Shown here in pieces: positions 9,863-19,326 of a DNA stretch of 64,000 bases. The translations under genes and the position numbers were made by a program. A model generated the notes under the pieces. That model saw only the letters and a program-made list of their open reading frames with translations, ran no database searches and was not told the DNA's origin. The first letter of the stretch is position 1, and each line of letters starts with the position of its first letter. This DNA is from Thermoproteota archaeon (GTDB lineage: Archaea > Korarchaeota > Korarchaeia > Korarchaeales > Korarchaeaceae): contig JAOZFI010000036.1 of the NCBI GenBank assembly GCA_027491395.1, forward strand, positions 64,001 through 128,000. The letters are read 5' to 3'.

Positions 9863-10068
9863 ATCCTTATACCCCTCTCCCTAAGAATGGTCAGAATCCT
9901 AGCCTTCTCTCTCCTCAGTTCTCTGTTAAGGTGGATCTTCTCAGCCGCTCCCATTAATCTCTTGGCTTCTAGAAGGAAGAACTCCTTCTCCACCTCTCTC
10001 AACCGCTCTAAGAGCTCCTCGTTAGTCATACCTCTTAGCTCCTCAACCTTCCTCGTTGGCAACCTCAC
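9859..10068 (-). CDS. rpl29: 50S ribosomal protein uL29
   Basis: ELRGMTNEEL...LRREKARILTIL; position after rps3. Confidence 0.9.
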   Translation of the reverse strand: MRLPTRKVEELRGMTNEELLERLREVEKEFFLLEAKRLMGAAEKIHLNRELRREKARILTILRERGIRI

Positions 10069-10933
10069 TCACCCCCTCAGCCTCCTCCGATCCCAGTTCT
10101 GATTCAGACCTCGACTCCGAACTCAACTCAGATGATTCAGATTCCTCAGCAACTGAGCTTTCCTCCGCCTCAACTTCAACAACCTCAGCTTCCTTGACTT
10201 CCTCAGATCCCTCGGAAGACTCCAAGGCCTCCACTAACTCTTCAGGAACTTCGACCTCCACCTCGGTGGTAGACAACTCCTCTCTCTCAGCCTTCATCCT
10301 CTGCCTTATCTCCTCTATGACCTCCTCCTTTATTTTCACCGTATCAGGGCTCTCGACGTCGGGCCTCACTATCCTAACTCTAACACCTATCACCCCTTGG
10401 GGCATAAGCACATGCTTCACCGCATAGTCGACCTTCTCTATCTGATCCTGCCCGCATCTATAGATTACCCCGGCCCTGAACCTCTCTTCCCTAGCCCTCT
10501 GGCTTCCAAATTTGCCTGCGAGCCTTATCTCCACTCCCTTAGCGCCGGCCATCATGACCCTCCTGAGTGCGGAGAAGGCCACCCTCTTGTGCCTCTCTCC
10601 CCTAGCAATCCTCCTGGCTATGTAGCTAGCTACGATCCTCGCGCTCAGGAAGGGTTCGTCCACCTTCTTGGCCTGAATGTAGGGATTAGAGATGCCTAAG
10701 GCCTCTTTTACCATTTCTCCTATCTTTTTGGATGCTCTCCCACCCCTACCAATGATTATTCCGGGACGTTCGACGTAAACCGTAATGATGTCCCTCACAG
10801 GTGTGGAGGAAATGTCCACACCGTGAAAACCAGCCTTCTCAGCTACCTTCTCCATTAACTCATGCAAGGAGTACCTGATAATGCCCTCCTGAACGAACTT
10901 CTTATAGTTAGGCAGGGTCTTCGTGGCGCTCAT
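10043..10933 (-). CDS. rps3: 30S ribosomal protein uS3 with long acidic C-terminal tail
   Basis: RPGIIIGRGG KH motif, MAGAKGVEI, PQGVIGVRVRI. Confidence 0.95.
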   Translation of the reverse strand: MSATKTLPNYKKFVQEGIIRYSLHELMEKVAEKAGFHGVDISSTPVRDIITVYVERPGIIIGRGGRASKKIGEMVKEALGISNPYIQAKKVDEPFLSARIVASYIARRIARGERHKRVAFSALRRVMMAGAKGVEIRLAGKFGSQRAREERFRAGVIYRCGQDQIEKVDYAVKHVLMPQGVIGVRVRIVRPDVESPDTVKIKEEVIEEIRQRMKAEREELSTTEVEVEVPEELVEALESSEGSEEVKEAEVVEVEAEESSVAEESESSELSSESRSESELGSEEAEGVSEVANEEG

Positions 10934-11400
10934 TCTTCCTCCTCCCTCTCCTCAAGCAATATTTCAACATGAACTAACTGCTCCACCTTGGGGGTGGCTC
11001 TACCGTAGGCTCTGGGAAATATTCTCTTCAGTTTGGTTCCGGTCTGAGCAGCCGCATGCTTCACATACAAGCGGTCAGGATCCAAGTCCTTGTTCGTAGC
11101 GTTATGCTCCGCACTCTTGAGTATCTTCTTGACTAGCTTCGCGGCCTTTACGGGATACCTACCAGGTTTCCACCTGTTCAGCTCCCTCCTATGGGGCACC
11201 CCCCTCTTAAACCTCTTGAAGGGCACAGCCCTCTTCAGAGCTATCACATCGTCTAGAATCTGATAAGCTTCAGACAGTTTCTTGCCTCGGATAGCTCTCA
11301 GCAACTCAACCGTCTCCTTGAACGATACCCTCAGGTCTCTCCCTGAGGCCATAGCTTCTCGCTCGCCTTTCGCGCTGTAGGAATATCCCCACGATGGCAA
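10930..11400 (-). CDS. rpl22: 50S ribosomal protein uL22
   Basis: VSFKETVE, GRYPVKAA, PRAYGRATP. Confidence 0.95.
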   Translation of the reverse strand: MPSWGYSYSAKGEREAMASGRDLRVSFKETVELLRAIRGKKLSEAYQILDDVIALKRAVPFKRFKRGVPHRRELNRWKPGRYPVKAAKLVKKILKSAEHNATNKDLDPDRLYVKHAAAQTGTKLKRIFPRAYGRATPKVEQLVHVEILLEEREEEE

Positions 11401-11448
11401 CCTTCTTTACCTCCCTTCGGTTGGCATAGATCGGGGGCGTTTATAAAA

Positions 11449-12156
11449 ATGCTTGAGAAGCTGGACCTCGTAGCTGTCGATGTGGACGGTACCATAACCC
11501 ACGAGGATCCGTACATTCACTTAGGAGCGGTTAAAGCTCTGAGATCTCTGGGGGAGAAGGTACCTATAGCCCTAGTGACGGGTAACCCCTTCCCCATCGC
11601 CTACGCTTTGTCAGTTTACTTGAGACCAAGCTCTCGAGTGATCGGGATAGCCGAAAACGGAGGGGTGGTGTACTTCGAGGGGAAGCACAGGTTACTTGGC
11701 AATCTGGATGTGATGAAAAAAGTGAAAAAATTTATAGAAAATAGTGATTACAGAAAATATATATCTAAAGACTCCGAGTTTAGATACGTTGATTTGGCCT
11801 TGAGGATGGATCCTACGACCCAAGAGAGGCTGATCAAAGATATACTCTCTAGAGGGTTGGATGTGGAAATAACGACCAGCGGCTATGCCCTCCACATAAT
11901 GCCCAAGGGGGTAAACAAGGGAACAGGGCTCCTATCTCTATGCGAGGAGCTTGGTATAGATCCAAGGCATGTGGCGGCTATAGGTGATTCTCACAATGAT
12001 CTGGAGATGTTTTCTGTGGTAGGTCTCTCGATAGCCCTCCCCAATGCCCCAAGAGAGGTCAAAGAAAGAGTAAACGTAGTCGTGGGAGGACCTGGATACG
12101 GATACAGCCTCCCACTTGCTATAAAAGTACTCAGGAACCTCCTTTCTTCTCTCTGA
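11449..12156 (+). CDS. HAD-IIB phosphatase (archaeal phosphoglycolate phosphatase-like)
   Basis: DVDGTIT, VTGN, AENGG, NKG, GDSHND. Confidence 0.85.
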   Translation: MLEKLDLVAVDVDGTITHEDPYIHLGAVKALRSLGEKVPIALVTGNPFPIAYALSVYLRPSSRVIGIAENGGVVYFEGKHRLLGNLDVMKKVKKFIENSDYRKYISKDSEFRYVDLALRMDPTTQERLIKDILSRGLDVEITTSGYALHIMPKGVNKGTGLLSLCEELGIDPRHVAAIGDSHNDLEMFSVVGLSIALPNAPREVKERVNVVVGGPGYGYSLPLAIKVLRNLLSSL

Positions 12157-13114
12157 CTCCCCTCTTAGACTTCTCCATCCTGAACCTCCAGAAGAGATAA
12201 GCTCCAACAATCACCGGCGGGACTACTGCAAGAAGAATGAGCTGAGGAGGTACGTAGGGCTCAGCCTTCTGTATTATGACCACTAGAGATTTACCATTCT
12301 CTTGAAGTTGGGGAACGAACTCCCAAAGGGCATCGTTCCATATGACCACTTTAGGTGCTGGGTTCCCTCCGAGTACTGAGATCTTTAGACTCGTGAAGTT
12401 GACCCATAGGTTGGCAGAGATGTCGTCCGGCAGTGCTGCAGTGAGAGGTGTCAGGTCTATGTAGTAATAACCGCTAGCACTTCTCCTGAGCTCCAATGGA
12501 AGGCTCTCTACCGTGAGATTGTAGTTCACAATTAGGGCACGTGTGGCCGCCTGCTCCTCGGTCTTGAAGGAGAGATGAAGTGACTTTATCTTGTCGCTCT
12601 TCGCCGCGACGGAGGCGACTGAGACGATCCCCGTGTAGTTTATGTGCGGGGTGGACGCGTAAGTTACATTAACGAAGTTCCACCTTATTCCATAGAGGAG
12701 GAGGAACCTGTCCCCATAGAAGAAGCTCATCATAGTGTGAACCGTAGTATTATCGAAGTAACCCGCTGCTTCAGCCTTGGGGAAGAAGTTGGCCCTCCTT
12801 GTAGGGTCTCCTGGCCTAGGAATAGCTATCAGGGTGTAAATCCCCCTAGGCCCAGCATTCGTCATGTTTATGGTGACATTCCCCCTGTAGCTTATCCAGT
12901 TGAGTATGGGAGCCTTGAGGACGTTGGAGAAGTATCTGGTTTCAGGCTCGTGAATCAGCCTGAAGACTTGGGCCTTCATAGTGGCTGAGAGATCCTCATG
13001 TATGAGTATAGTGGCTACTGGCATCGGCCTCACAGCGGAGACGGAGAGGATGGCAGTGCTCAGGAGTAAGATGGCAGTTAGTAGGACTGCAGGGCCCTTT
13101 CTCATGCTAGACAC
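12131..13114 (-). CDS. Hypothetical secreted, C-terminally anchored surface protein
   Basis: N-terminal signal-like hydrophobic stretch, several NxS/T sequons, C-terminal TM helix and basic tail. Confidence 0.65.
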   Translation of the reverse strand: MSSMRKGPAVLLTAILLLSTAILSVSAVRPMPVATILIHEDLSATMKAQVFRLIHEPETRYFSNVLKAPILNWISYRGNVTINMTNAGPRGIYTLIAIPRPGDPTRRANFFPKAEAAGYFDNTTVHTMMSFFYGDRFLLLYGIRWNFVNVTYASTPHINYTGIVSVASVAAKSDKIKSLHLSFKTEEQAATRALIVNYNLTVESLPLELRRSASGYYYIDLTPLTAALPDDISANLWVNFTSLKISVLGGNPAPKVVIWNDALWEFVPQLQENGKSLVVIIQKAEPYVPPQLILLAVVPPVIVGAYLFWRFRMEKSKRGVREKKGGS

Positions 13115-13148
13115 CTTTCGCCAAACCGAGATGGTACCCTTTATTTAA

Positions 13149-15665
13149 ATGAAGGTCCTTATGGATGCGCTGGGTATGACGAATAGAAGGGGAATACTCC
13201 TTTCCGTCTTCTACTCAGGTGAGGATAAAGCTGCTGTAATGAAGTTCTACGATCCTGGGAGAGAGGAGGTCTTTCTTGTTAGAGATAATACCGGACATAA
13301 ACCCTATCTGTTAACGGATGCGCCAGCCGATTCTTTAGAGGAAATGCTATCCCCCGGCTTAGCTGCTAGGTTATTCAAGGTCTCTAAGGTGAGGAAGTAC
13401 GACATTCTGAGGGACAAGGAAGTTGAAGTGACGAAGGTAGAGGCCAAGGATCCGCTCGCCATAGGAGGATCTCCTAGAAACATGAGGGAGGAGCTGGCTA
13501 AGAAAGGGTTCAGTGTGTGGGAAGCCAAGATAAAGTACTACGACTGCTACGTGTATGACAGAGGGCTGGTACCCGGTTGCTCTTACGAAGTGGACGAATC
13601 AGGAAATGTGATTAGACTACATGAGGACAGCGAGATCCCCCAGGAGTTCAGGCATTTAGACGAGAGGACTGGGGAGATACTCTCTTCCATGATACCCCTA
13701 TTCGATGAACCTTCTCCACACCTAAAGAGTGTTGCCGTCGATATAGAGGTACTGGCCACTCTAGACAGGATGCCCGATCCCTCGAAGCCGGATAAACCTG
13801 TAGCGGCAGTAGCATTTGTTGATAGTGACGGTCGGAAGGAGGTTCATGTACTGCTGCGGGGCGGAGAGGTGCCAGATACCCTACCCAATGGAGCTCGGCT
13901 GATCAAGTATGAGAACGAGGGTAGGCTGATCCGCTCCGTCCTGGACAGGATCTCACAATACCCACTAGTCTTCACGTATAACGGCGATAACTTCGACATG
14001 CCCTACTTGGCTAGGAGGGCTAGGGAATTGGGAGTGAGGGACTGGCCAGTAAGGTTGGAGAGGGACAGAGCTCTTCTAGACACAGGGATGCATGTAGATC
14101 TCTATAAACTCTTTAGCAACAAGTCAATTCAGGTTTACGTGTTCAACAATAAGTACTTAGGTTACACGTTAGATGAGGTGGCTGAGGCCTTACTCGGTGA
14201 GAGAAAGATTGAACTGGGCACTAGAGACTTTTACTCAGTTAGCGCCAGAGAATTAGCTGAATACTGCCTGCAGGATGCGGAATTGACCTTCAAGCTGGGA
14301 AATATCGGGGAGGGCGAGCTGATCAGGCTACTCTTCCTCCTCTCTAGGATAAGCAAGATGTCCTTGGAGGAGGTATCTAGGCAGGGAGTCTCCTCATGGA
14401 TCAGGAACATGATATTCTTCGAATACAGGAGGAGGAACTGGCTCATACCGGAACAGGATGAGATAAAGGCGGTCAGAGGAGAGAGGACCTACTCCCAAGC
14501 GATAATAAAGGGGAAGAAGTACATGGGGGCCATAGTGCTCGAGCCAGTTCCGGGTGTCCATTTCAATGTGGCGGTGATGGACTTCGCAAGCCTATATCCC
14601 TCCATAATTGGCAGGTGGAAAGTAAGCTTCGAGACGATAAACTGCCCGCACGAGGACTGCAGGGAGAACAGGCCGGTGGAGGAACTGCCCCACTGGATAT
14701 GTAGGAAGGGGCTCGGGATAGTCCCCTACCTCATACAGGCGTTGAGGGACATGAGGGTGAGGAGGTACAAGAAGAGGGCTAAAGAGGAGAAGGACGAGCA
14801 CATGAGAAGATGGTTCGACACAGTTCAGAGGAGCTTGAAGGTCTTCCTTAACGCTAGCTACGGGGTGTTCGGGTATGAGAACTTCCCGCTGTACTCCCCA
14901 CCTGCCGCCGAGACCATCACTGCATTGGCCAGGAAGGCCATGCTCCTATCGATAGAGGAGGCTAAGAAAATGGGCTTGGAGGTCATTTACGGGGACACCG
15001 ATTCTCTATTCATCAAGGGTGCAACTCAAGAGGAAATAGAGCGGTTGGAGGAGGCGGTAGAATCCAAGTTGGGTATAGATCTAGAGCTGGACAAGTGGTA
15101 TCGGTACGTGGTCCTCTCTCGTCTGAAGAAGAACTACTTGGGAGTGACTGTGGACGGAGTAATTGATGTGAAAGGGCTTCTCGGGAAGAAGAGGAACATC
15201 CCACTGTTCGTCAAGAAGGCGTTTGATGAGGTGCTGGAGATACTCAGAAAGGTGGAAACCCCCGACCAGTTCGAGGAAGCCAAGGAGAAGGTAGCTGAGA
15301 CGATAAGATCCTATGTTAAAAGGCTGGAAGCTGGAGAGTTCGATCTGGAGGAGCTGGCCTTCAAGACCATGCTGACTAGGAACTTGAACAGCTACAAGAA
15401 GACCACCCCTCAGCACGTCAAGGTGGCGAGGATGCTTGAGAGCATGGGAAGGAGGGTGGTTGCCGGTCAGGTGATCAGATATGTGAAGGTGAGAGGTAGA
15501 GAAGGTGTGATGCCCCTCGAACTCGCCAAAAAAGCCCAGATAGATAAGGAAAAGTACTTGGAGATAATGAAGACAACATTCGAGCAGATACTTGATTCCC
15601 TAGACATGGACTTCGACGATATAGTGAAGGAGAGGAGATCAACGAGCCTTGAGGAATTCTTCTAA
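13149..15665 (+). CDS. polB1: Family B DNA polymerase, PolB1 type
   Basis: Exo DIE and YNGDNFD; DFASLYPSII, KVFLNASYG, YGDTDS, KKNY; crenarchaeal B1-like N-terminus; PIP-like C-terminus SLEEFF. Confidence 0.92.
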   Translation: MKVLMDALGMTNRRGILLSVFYSGEDKAAVMKFYDPGREEVFLVRDNTGHKPYLLTDAPADSLEEMLSPGLAARLFKVSKVRKYDILRDKEVEVTKVEAKDPLAIGGSPRNMREELAKKGFSVWEAKIKYYDCYVYDRGLVPGCSYEVDESGNVIRLHEDSEIPQEFRHLDERTGEILSSMIPLFDEPSPHLKSVAVDIEVLATLDRMPDPSKPDKPVAAVAFVDSDGRKEVHVLLRGGEVPDTLPNGARLIKYENEGRLIRSVLDRISQYPLVFTYNGDNFDMPYLARRARELGVRDWPVRLERDRALLDTGMHVDLYKLFSNKSIQVYVFNNKYLGYTLDEVAEALLGERKIELGTRDFYSVSARELAEYCLQDAELTFKLGNIGEGELIRLLFLLSRISKMSLEEVSRQGVSSWIRNMIFFEYRRRNWLIPEQDEIKAVRGERTYSQAIIKGKKYMGAIVLEPVPGVHFNVAVMDFASLYPSIIGRWKVSFETINCPHEDCRENRPVEELPHWICRKGLGIVPYLIQALRDMRVRRYKKRAKEEKDEHMRRWFDTVQRSLKVFLNASYGVFGYENFPLYSPPAAETITALARKAMLLSIEEAKKMGLEVIYGDTDSLFIKGATQEEIERLEEAVESKLGIDLELDKWYRYVVLSRLKKNYLGVTVDGVIDVKGLLGKKRNIPLFVKKAFDEVLEILRKVETPDQFEEAKEKVAETIRSYVKRLEAGEFDLEELAFKTMLTRNLNSYKKTTPQHVKVARMLESMGRRVVAGQVIRYVKVRGREGVMPLELAKKAQIDKEKYLEIMKTTFEQILDSLDMDFDDIVKERRSTSLEEFF

Positions 15666-17534
15666 CTTCTCCTTCACCCTCTTGCTGACTATGGATCCGT
15701 CTATTTTCCCCCTGACCTCCTTCATCACCTCACCCATGACCATGCCGTAAGCCCTCTCTCCCCTCTCCCTCACCTTGGACGAGAGTTTCTCGAGGACCTG
15801 CTCTATCACCTTATCCAACTCATCGACCGACATGCGATGGGTCTTCACGTACTCCTCAGCGCTGGAGTACTCTCCCCTAGAAAGAGACCTCAGCACTTCG
15901 GGCACGGCCTCCTTAGCCAGCGATCCTTCTCCAAGCAACTTGGCTATCTCCTCAAAGTGCTCCTCCCCCAGATTCTCCACGGGTTCGCTCTCTCTCTTCA
16001 AGGACCTGACCATTGAGACGAGCATCGACGCTAGAAATCTAGTAGGCACTCCGTACCTACTCAACCTCTCGAAGAGCTTCACTTTTCCATCATCGAATAT
16101 CTCCCAAGCCAACTCCTCAGTCAGGTCGTATTTCTCCATTAGCTCTCTGACTTGATCCTCCGGCATGGGAGGGAGCTCCTTTATCCTCTCCAGTACGGGC
16201 CTTACGTTCACAGGCATGACATCGGTTTCGGGATACATCCTAGCGGAGCCAGGCATGGGTCTCATGAAGGCGGTGTTTCCGTCTGGGAGGGCTCTTCTAG
16301 TTTCGTTGGGTACTCCCCTGAGAGCTTGCTTTAACCTCTCCCTCACGGAGTCCAGAGCCAGTTTGGCAGCATCCTCCCTCCCCAGAACGAGCACGAAGGA
16401 ATCCCCTTCATCACATCCGAGCAGCTCCCTGACCTCATTCACCTCATCCTTCCCTATCCCATAACCAGGCAGCTCGTCCCCGTGCAGGATGCCCTCGACT
16501 CCACCGAAGACCTTAGCATAATCAGCTAGCTCCTTCCCGAATCTCCTTCCTGGCTGTAGCTCCTTGCCCAATATCCCACTGAAACCCTTAACTTTGATGC
16601 CGTAGACCCTCTCACCCCTAGATAGGGCCTTCGTTATCAACTTCGACTTGGAGGACGAGAAAGCGGAAGTTACATCGACGATGGGGATGTCCAGATCCTC
16701 CTCCTTCACGTCCCTACTCCTCAGCTCATCCCTTATGCTGAGGAGGTTCAGCTGCCTCACAACCTCTCTCCTTATTATCTCCGGGATGAGATCTAGGTCC
16801 TGAACGCCTTTTATCTCCTGCCTGGCGCCGCCCTCTATGGAAACGTTTATGTCCTGCCTGATGGTACCCAACCCCCTCTGAACCTTACCTGTCGCTCTAA
16901 GTATCCTCCCGAGCTTCAATGCCGCCTCTCTGGCCTGTTCGGGGTACATAATATCGGGCTCGGTCGCCAACTCTACCAAGGGGATGCCCAGTCTGTCGAG
17001 CCTGTATTTAGCTCTCTCGGACTTACTTTCAACGATGTAGGCTGACTCCTCCTCCAGACAGAGGGTCGCCATCCTGACCCTGCCCCACTTTGTCTCTATC
17101 CCGCTGCCCTCCCCACCCAGTGCTACTAAAGCGGTCCTCTGGAATCCAGTAGTATTGCTTCCATCGACGACTATCTTCCTCATGACATGGACCTCGTCCA
17201 CGGGCTCCATCCCCAGCATCAGCGCTATGGTCAGGGAGATCTCTAAGGCCTCCTCGTTCATTGGATGGGGTGGCGCCTCGTCAGCCTCCACCTCGCAGGT
17301 GGTGTCGTAGTAGATCCCGTAGAGAAAATCTCTCTTCCTCAACGACTCGAACCTAGCGGCCGGATCTATAGTACCTAACTCGCTGTAAGAGACACTCAGT
17401 CTTCTCCTGATCCACTCATGGGGCTCATCTTCTCTCATTATTGAGGGACAACTGCAGAACAACTTGTGAGTGTCGAGCCTCTGATGGATCTCCAGCCCGA
17501 CCTTGAGACCCACCTTTTCGTAATTGATGTCCAC
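15639..17534 (-). CDS. gatE: Glu-tRNA(Gln) amidotransferase subunit E
   Basis: GLEIHQRL, MRKIVVDGSNTTGFQRT, RGLGTIRQD, ARMYPETD. Confidence 0.97.
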   Translation of the reverse strand: MDINYEKVGLKVGLEIHQRLDTHKLFCSCPSIMREDEPHEWIRRRLSVSYSELGTIDPAARFESLRKRDFLYGIYYDTTCEVEADEAPPHPMNEEALEISLTIALMLGMEPVDEVHVMRKIVVDGSNTTGFQRTALVALGGEGSGIETKWGRVRMATLCLEEESAYIVESKSERAKYRLDRLGIPLVELATEPDIMYPEQAREAALKLGRILRATGKVQRGLGTIRQDINVSIEGGARQEIKGVQDLDLIPEIIRREVVRQLNLLSIRDELRSRDVKEEDLDIPIVDVTSAFSSSKSKLITKALSRGERVYGIKVKGFSGILGKELQPGRRFGKELADYAKVFGGVEGILHGDELPGYGIGKDEVNEVRELLGCDEGDSFVLVLGREDAAKLALDSVRERLKQALRGVPNETRRALPDGNTAFMRPMPGSARMYPETDVMPVNVRPVLERIKELPPMPEDQVRELMEKYDLTEELAWEIFDDGKVKLFERLSRYGVPTRFLASMLVSMVRSLKRESEPVENLGEEHFEEIAKLLGEGSLAKEAVPEVLRSLSRGEYSSAEEYVKTHRMSVDELDKVIEQVLEKLSSKVRERGERAYGMVMGEVMKEVRGKIDGSIVSKRVKEKLEEFLKAR

Positions 17535-17538
17535 GTAA

Positions 17539-18879
17539 TCACCTCCAACACGGCGGAAATACGTTTAGTCCTAGGTGAGCGCCCAGCTCCCCGGCGATGT
17601 TCGTCTGCATGATCCTCCTGATCTCCTCTATGTCGCTGGTATGACCTAAAGCGTACATCAGCTTTATCAAAGCTACTTCAGGGAGCATATCCCCTCCAGG
17701 TATCACACCAGCCACCAGGAGACGCCTTCCCGTCTCATACACTTGGAGGTCCACCCTCCCGAATAGGCACTGGGATGTTACGACCACGGGAACTCCGCTG
17801 CCAACTATCTCTCCCACGATAGGGATGAGCCAGCGAGGGACATGGCCCAATCCTGTCCCGGCCATCACTATACCCTTGAACCTCTCACCGGCATACCTAA
17901 GCATGTCCTCCGGCATACCGGGCCACACATGGAGGAGGGCCACATTGGGCTCAAGCCGGTCATCCAGCTCTACCCGGCTCCTTCCCTCTCTTCTGGGGTT
18001 GAACTTGTTGGACAACAACTCAATCTTCTCCCTCGTCACTTTAGCGATTGGAGGCTCGTTTACCGGCTGGAAAGCATCTCTCCTGGAAGTGTGAAGCTTC
18101 CTCGCCTTCACCCCCCTTATCACGAAGGCGTAATCATCGTGTGGGCTCCCGTGCATCACAATGACGGACTCGGCAATGGGTCCTTGCGCCGCCACCCTTG
18201 CAGCAGCTATCAAGTTGAGGATAGCATCAGTGGATGGACGATCTATCGACCTTTGAGAGCCGACCAGAACGACCGGCTTATCTAGGTTATGCAGCATGAA
18301 GGCTAGGGCAGCCGCCGTGAAGTGCATGGTGTCGGTGCCATGGGCTATTATGACACCCTCTGCCCCCCTCCTTAACTCGTCGTAAACAGCTTTGGCGATC
18401 TTCCTCCAATGATCTGGAGTTAAATTTTCGCTGAACTCGGCAAACAGAGGCACATAATCTATGTTAACGATCTCAGCCAGCTCAGGTACTATGTCAAGTA
18501 GCTCCTCTGGCTTCTCGTGAGATATAACCGCCCCCGTAGAATAGTCGACCCTAGAAGTGATGGTTCCCCCGGTCACTATGAGGGGAACGTAGGGTAGATC
18601 CTCCCTGAACCTGAGCGAGGGAACCTCCTTCCTCTGAATGGGCTTTCCCTTCTCCAGAACTTCTATCTCTACGCCATCTAGGTGTATCCCGATGTTGTAT
18701 CCGCTGTCCAGCTTCAGGATCAAATGCTCATCGTCGAAAATCTCCGGTCGAGGTATCACGATTCCCTCATATACCAGACTCCCTTTCCTTATTCTGATCC
18801 GATCGTAGTCTTCCACACCCAGAGAAGAGAGGATACGCTTGGCCTTTCCCCTATAGTGGAGAGTCATCGGTCCAGTCAA
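17539..18879 (-). CDS. gatD: Glu-tRNA(Gln) amidotransferase subunit D
   Basis: KLDSGYNIG, TGGTITSRVDY, HGTDTM, GSQRS, HTSRRDAF. Confidence 0.97.
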   Translation of the reverse strand: MTGPMTLHYRGKAKRILSSLGVEDYDRIRIRKGSLVYEGIVIPRPEIFDDEHLILKLDSGYNIGIHLDGVEIEVLEKGKPIQRKEVPSLRFREDLPYVPLIVTGGTITSRVDYSTGAVISHEKPEELLDIVPELAEIVNIDYVPLFAEFSENLTPDHWRKIAKAVYDELRRGAEGVIIAHGTDTMHFTAAALAFMLHNLDKPVVLVGSQRSIDRPSTDAILNLIAAARVAAQGPIAESVIVMHGSPHDDYAFVIRGVKARKLHTSRRDAFQPVNEPPIAKVTREKIELLSNKFNPRREGRSRVELDDRLEPNVALLHVWPGMPEDMLRYAGERFKGIVMAGTGLGHVPRWLIPIVGEIVGSGVPVVVTSQCLFGRVDLQVYETGRRLLVAGVIPGGDMLPEVALIKLMYALGHTSDIEEIRRIMQTNIAGELGAHLGLNVFPPCWR

Positions 18880-18912
18880 CCGGTTCTACAGTAAAAAAGA
18901 TTGGATGGAGGG

Positions 18913-19323
18913 TCATCCCAGAACAGGTCTGAACTTGTAGGAGTAGGCTATGAGGCCGGATTCACCGCTCACGCGTGTCTTCCTTATTACCATCTCTACC
19001 TCCATTCCTTCCTTGACCTCTTCTGGATGCACATCCGTTAGCTGTGAAAAGACACGCGTACCATCCTCCAGCTCTATTAGGGCTACGACGTACGGGGTGT
19101 AATACTCGTATCCTCTGGGGGCGTTCCAGATTACGGAGTAGTTGATGACCTTACCCCTTCTAGGCAGCGCCACCCTCTCAATGTTCTTGGATCCGCATAC
19201 CGGACATACTCTCTCCTCCGGCAGCGTTTTATGACCGCAATCCTTGCACCTACCACCCTCCAACCTGTACCTAGCCGGGAGTTCCCTCCAATGGGCTGGG
19301 ACACTCTGCCAATATGCCCACAT
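18913..19323 (-). CDS. DUF35 Zn-ribbon/OB-fold protein (thiolase/HMGS scaffold)
   Basis: CKDCG...CPVCG, PYVVALIEL, GMEVEM, YSYKFRP; third gene of HMGS-thiolase operon. Confidence 0.9.
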   Translation of the reverse strand: MWAYWQSVPAHWRELPARYRLEGGRCKDCGHKTLPEERVCPVCGSKNIERVALPRRGKVINYSVIWNAPRGYEYYTPYVVALIELEDGTRVFSQLTDVHPEEVKEGMEVEMVIRKTRVSGESGLIAYSYKFRPVLG

Positions 19324-19326
19324 AGA

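Noticed and set aside
13149-15665. Intein in PolB
   Set aside because: Length is normal and the catalytic motifs are contiguous.
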